Assembly (NCBI RefSeq): GCF_988243305.1
Contig: NZ_OZ547136.1
DNA length: 64,000 nucleotides
Direction: 5' to 3' (one strand)
Shown here: positions 61,455-64,000 of the stretch, piece by piece
Layout of the letters: each line of letters starts with the position of its first letter
Position numbering within the stretch: position 1 is the first letter of the stretch
Program-made: the position numbers and the translations under genes
Notes under the pieces: generated by a model
The model's input: only the letters and a program-made list of their open reading frames with translations
What the model was told of the DNA's origin: nothing
The model's database searches: none

Positions 61455-62633
61455 TTAACGTGTAATAGAGTACACGGTTCCGTCTTTTGCCTGGATCAGC
61501 AGTTTGCCGTCAGCGGCAACCGGTTCAGTCTGGAAACCGGAACTATCAACTTTTTGCTGGGCAACGAAACGACCATCTTCGACGTTAATCCAGTGCAGAT
61601 AACCTTCGCTGTCACCTACCACCAGGTTGCCATTATACAGCACCGGAGAAGTCAGCAGGCGATGCAGCAGATCGCTTTGTGTCCACAGCGTAACGCCGCC
61701 ATCAATGGTCAACGCCATTACCCGGTCATTTTGATCGACCAGATAGATGCGATTGCCGTCGACGATGAAATCATTCACCGAACCCAGTTCGCGTTTCCAC
61801 ATAATCTGACCACTGCGCAGATCAAGCGCCGTCAGGTTACCATTATAGGCCAGCGCGAAAACAACGCCGTTAACAACGACGGGAGTCGTGTCAACATCGC
61901 TCAGACGGTCAATTTCGGTAGAACCGGTCGCCTGGGAAATACGCTGCTGCCAAATCATCTGGCCCTGTTCCATCAGCACTGCGCTGACGCGACCATTATC
62001 GCCACCCACGACAGCCGCACCAAAAGCCGTTGCCGGCGCAGACTCGCCACGCAAAGAGAGCGAAGGCATATCGAGGTTAACTGTCCATTTGACAGCGCCG
62101 TCAGCTTCGTTCAGCGCTTGTAACTGACCATTACTGGTGTGGATTAACACCAGACCGTCGCTGACCACCGGGCGAGAAAGAGCTTCACCCGCGACTTTAG
62201 TTTGCCATGCCACAGTACCATCGCTGGTATTCAGCGCGTAAACCTGCGCCTTTTCGCTGCCAATGTAGACATGCCCACCAGACACGGTCACACCGCCAGA
62301 AAGTAATGCAGGCTCTTTAGAGAACCAGCCATCTTTCTCGGCCAGGCTGACAGACCAGATTTCTTTGCCATCATCCGCATTCAGCGCTTTTACTAAACCA
62401 GCGCGGTCCGCTGCATAGACAACGTTGTCCGCCAGTGCCGGATGAAGATTGGAATAGAAGTTGCCAATGCCGCTACCAACGGAAGTGCTCCACGCTGTGG
62501 TCGGCGTAAACTGGTTTTCAACGGTTGGCAATGGGGACATCTTTACCACATCTTCTTCGCTGTTAAACAGCGAACAGCCGCTTAAAAGGGTAACGGAAAG
62601 CAGTCCTGGCAGCAGTAATTTACGCAATTGCAT
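61455..62633 (-). CDS. bamB: outer membrane protein assembly lipoprotein BamB (PQQ beta-propeller)
   Basis: 392-aa ORF with lipobox LLSGCSL and repeated propeller blades. Confidence 0.9.
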   Translation of the reverse strand: MQLRKLLLPGLLSVTLLSGCSLFNSEEDVVKMSPLPTVENQFTPTTAWSTSVGSGIGNFYSNLHPALADNVVYAADRAGLVKALNADDGKEIWSVSLAEKDGWFSKEPALLSGGVTVSGGHVYIGSEKAQVYALNTSDGTVAWQTKVAGEALSRPVVSDGLVLIHTSNGQLQALNEADGAVKWTVNLDMPSLSLRGESAPATAFGAAVVGGDNGRVSAVLMEQGQMIWQQRISQATGSTEIDRLSDVDTTPVVVNGVVFALAYNGNLTALDLRSGQIMWKRELGSVNDFIVDGNRIYLVDQNDRVMALTIDGGVTLWTQSDLLHRLLTSPVLYNGNLVVGDSEGYLHWINVEDGRFVAQQKVDSSGFQTEPVAADGKLLIQAKDGTVYSITR

Positions 62634-62643
62634 CGGGTCCCTC

Positions 62644-63264
62644 TCAGATGGACAAATTATTAATTTTCATCTGCATCATTTCGCTCAGTGCCGGGGTAAC
62701 ATCGCTTTTCACGCCTGCTTCCCATGCACTACGCGCACCTTGCTTATCACCTTTGCTCAGCAATGCTTCACCACGCAGGTCGGCAACAATGGCAGCCCAC
62801 CCTTCACCTTTGATGGTATCAAGGGTTTTCAGCGCGGCATCAGCCTGCTTGAGCTGAACCTGAACGCGAGCAAGACGCAGATTTATCACGGCTTTGAGAT
62901 TTTCATCGCTCGTGTCTGCCAGCCCCTGTTGTAACTGGGCGGCAGCTTTCTCTAGTTCATTTTTGTCAACAAATTGCTGCGCAAGTTCCAAAGAAGCCAG
63001 CGCACCATAAGTATTTTTATTTTCAGCAGCAAATTTTTCCGCCGCCGGAATGCTATCCGGTTTGCCTTCGCTCACTGCGGTAACCGCATTTTGATAGGCA
63101 AGAGAAGCGGAGCGTGCAGAATCAACCTGATGGCTGTTCCAGTAGCGCCAGCCAATCAGTGCACCAACGCCCAAAATCACCCCAACAGCCAGTGCTTTGC
63201 CATTTTCAGCAAAAAAGCGTTTAACCGCTTCAACCTGGTCGTTTTCGTTCTCGTAAATTTCCAC
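62644..63264 (-). CDS. yfgM: membrane-anchored TPR-like periplasmic protein YfgM
   Basis: 206-aa ORF with an N-terminal TM anchor; lies between hisS and bamB. Confidence 0.85.
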   Translation of the reverse strand: MEIYENENDQVEAVKRFFAENGKALAVGVILGVGALIGWRYWNSHQVDSARSASLAYQNAVTAVSEGKPDSIPAAEKFAAENKNTYGALASLELAQQFVDKNELEKAAAQLQQGLADTSDENLKAVINLRLARVQVQLKQADAALKTLDTIKGEGWAAIVADLRGEALLSKGDKQGARSAWEAGVKSDVTPALSEMMQMKINNLSI

Positions 63265-63281
63265 GCTGTCCTTCTCCTTCC

Positions 63282-64000
63282 TTAACCCAGTAACGTGCGC
63301 AAATGCGCGGCTACGCTATCCTGCGCAACTGCCGTTTGCTCACCAGAGCGCAAATCCTTCACTACTGCTGTGCCGTTAGCCACTTCAGACTCACCCAGCA
63401 CCACAGCAACGCGGGCACCCCATTTATCAGCACGGGCAAACTGTTTCTTAAAGTTGCCGCCGCCGTGGTTGGTCATCAATTTCACGCCCGGTAATTCATC
63501 ACGCAGACGCTCAGCTAATGCCATAGCCGCAGATTGTGTATCAGCACCTGAAGCCACCAGGTATATATCGACAACAGGATCGGCTTTAAATTCCGGATTA
63601 ACGGCCTGTACTAACAATACAAGACGTTCGAGGCCCATCGCAAAACCGACAGCCGGTGTTGCACGACCGCCCAGTTGTTCCACCAGACCGTCATAACGAC
63701 CGCCTGCACACACGGTGCCCTGAGAGCCGAGGCTGTTAGTCACCCACTCGAAAACGGTACGGTTATAGTAATCCAGACCACGCACCAGACGCTGGTTTAC
63801 GGTGTAAGCGATCCCCGCGCTCTCAAGCAGTTTGCACAGACCGGCAAAATGCTCACGAGATTCCTCGTCCAGATAATCGCCTAATGCCGGAGCATCGTTG
63901 AGAAGCGCCTGCACTTCCGGATTTTTTGAATCCAGCACGCGCAGCGGGTTAGTGTACATGCGGCGTTTGCAGTCTTCGTCCAGCTTTTCTTTATGCTGCT
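63282..64000 (-). CDS. hisS: histidine--tRNA ligase, C-terminal part (gene continues beyond the window end)
   Basis: Open frame on the minus strand to the window edge; class-II aaRS and anticodon-binding domain sequence; the listed 225-aa ORF is only the part after an internal Met. Confidence 0.85.

Overview
This window is an Escherichia coli-type chromosomal segment, collinear with the K-12 region running yffB-dapE-ypfN-ypfH-tmcA-ypfJ-purC-bamC-dapA-gcvR-bcp, the complete hyfABCDEFGHIJ-hyfR-focB hydrogenase-4 operon, perM-bepA-yfgD-hda-uraA-upp-purMN-ppk-ppx-pdeF(yfgF)-yfgG-yfgH-yfgI, then guaA-guaB, xseA, yfgJ-der-bamB-yfgM and the 3' part of hisS. Gene identities rest on reading the translated ORFs and on gene order; no database search was run. 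Two accessory insertions interrupt this core backbone. (1) About 3.3 kb between yfgI and guaA (roughly 39.96-43.29 kb) is visibly AT-rich and carries a 504-aa ABC-type ATPase with a C-terminal acidic, TOPRIM/DUF4435-like region (an OLD/PARIS-like candidate anti-phage gene), a degraded DDE-transposase remnant, and a 256-aa protein with two transmembrane helices and a CheY-like receiver domain. This is the best candidate for an undescribed system in the window. (2) About 11.6 kb between xseA and yfgJ (48.0-59.6 kb) is a CS54-like adhesin island: a 2680-aa RatA/RatB-like giant protein built from about nine tandem repeats of roughly 0.8 kb, a SinI-like secreted protein and a SinH-like intimin/invasin-family inverse autotransporter. 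Also supported from sequence: a sigma54-type -24/-12 promoter before hyfA, PurR boxes before purM and purC, a CTG start for hda, a TTG start for gcvR, several REP elements and intrinsic terminators. No rRNA, tRNA or CRISPR array was seen. Note that the ORF track prints M for GTG/TTG starts and reports the longest ORF, so several true starts lie internal to the listed ORFs and are adjusted here.
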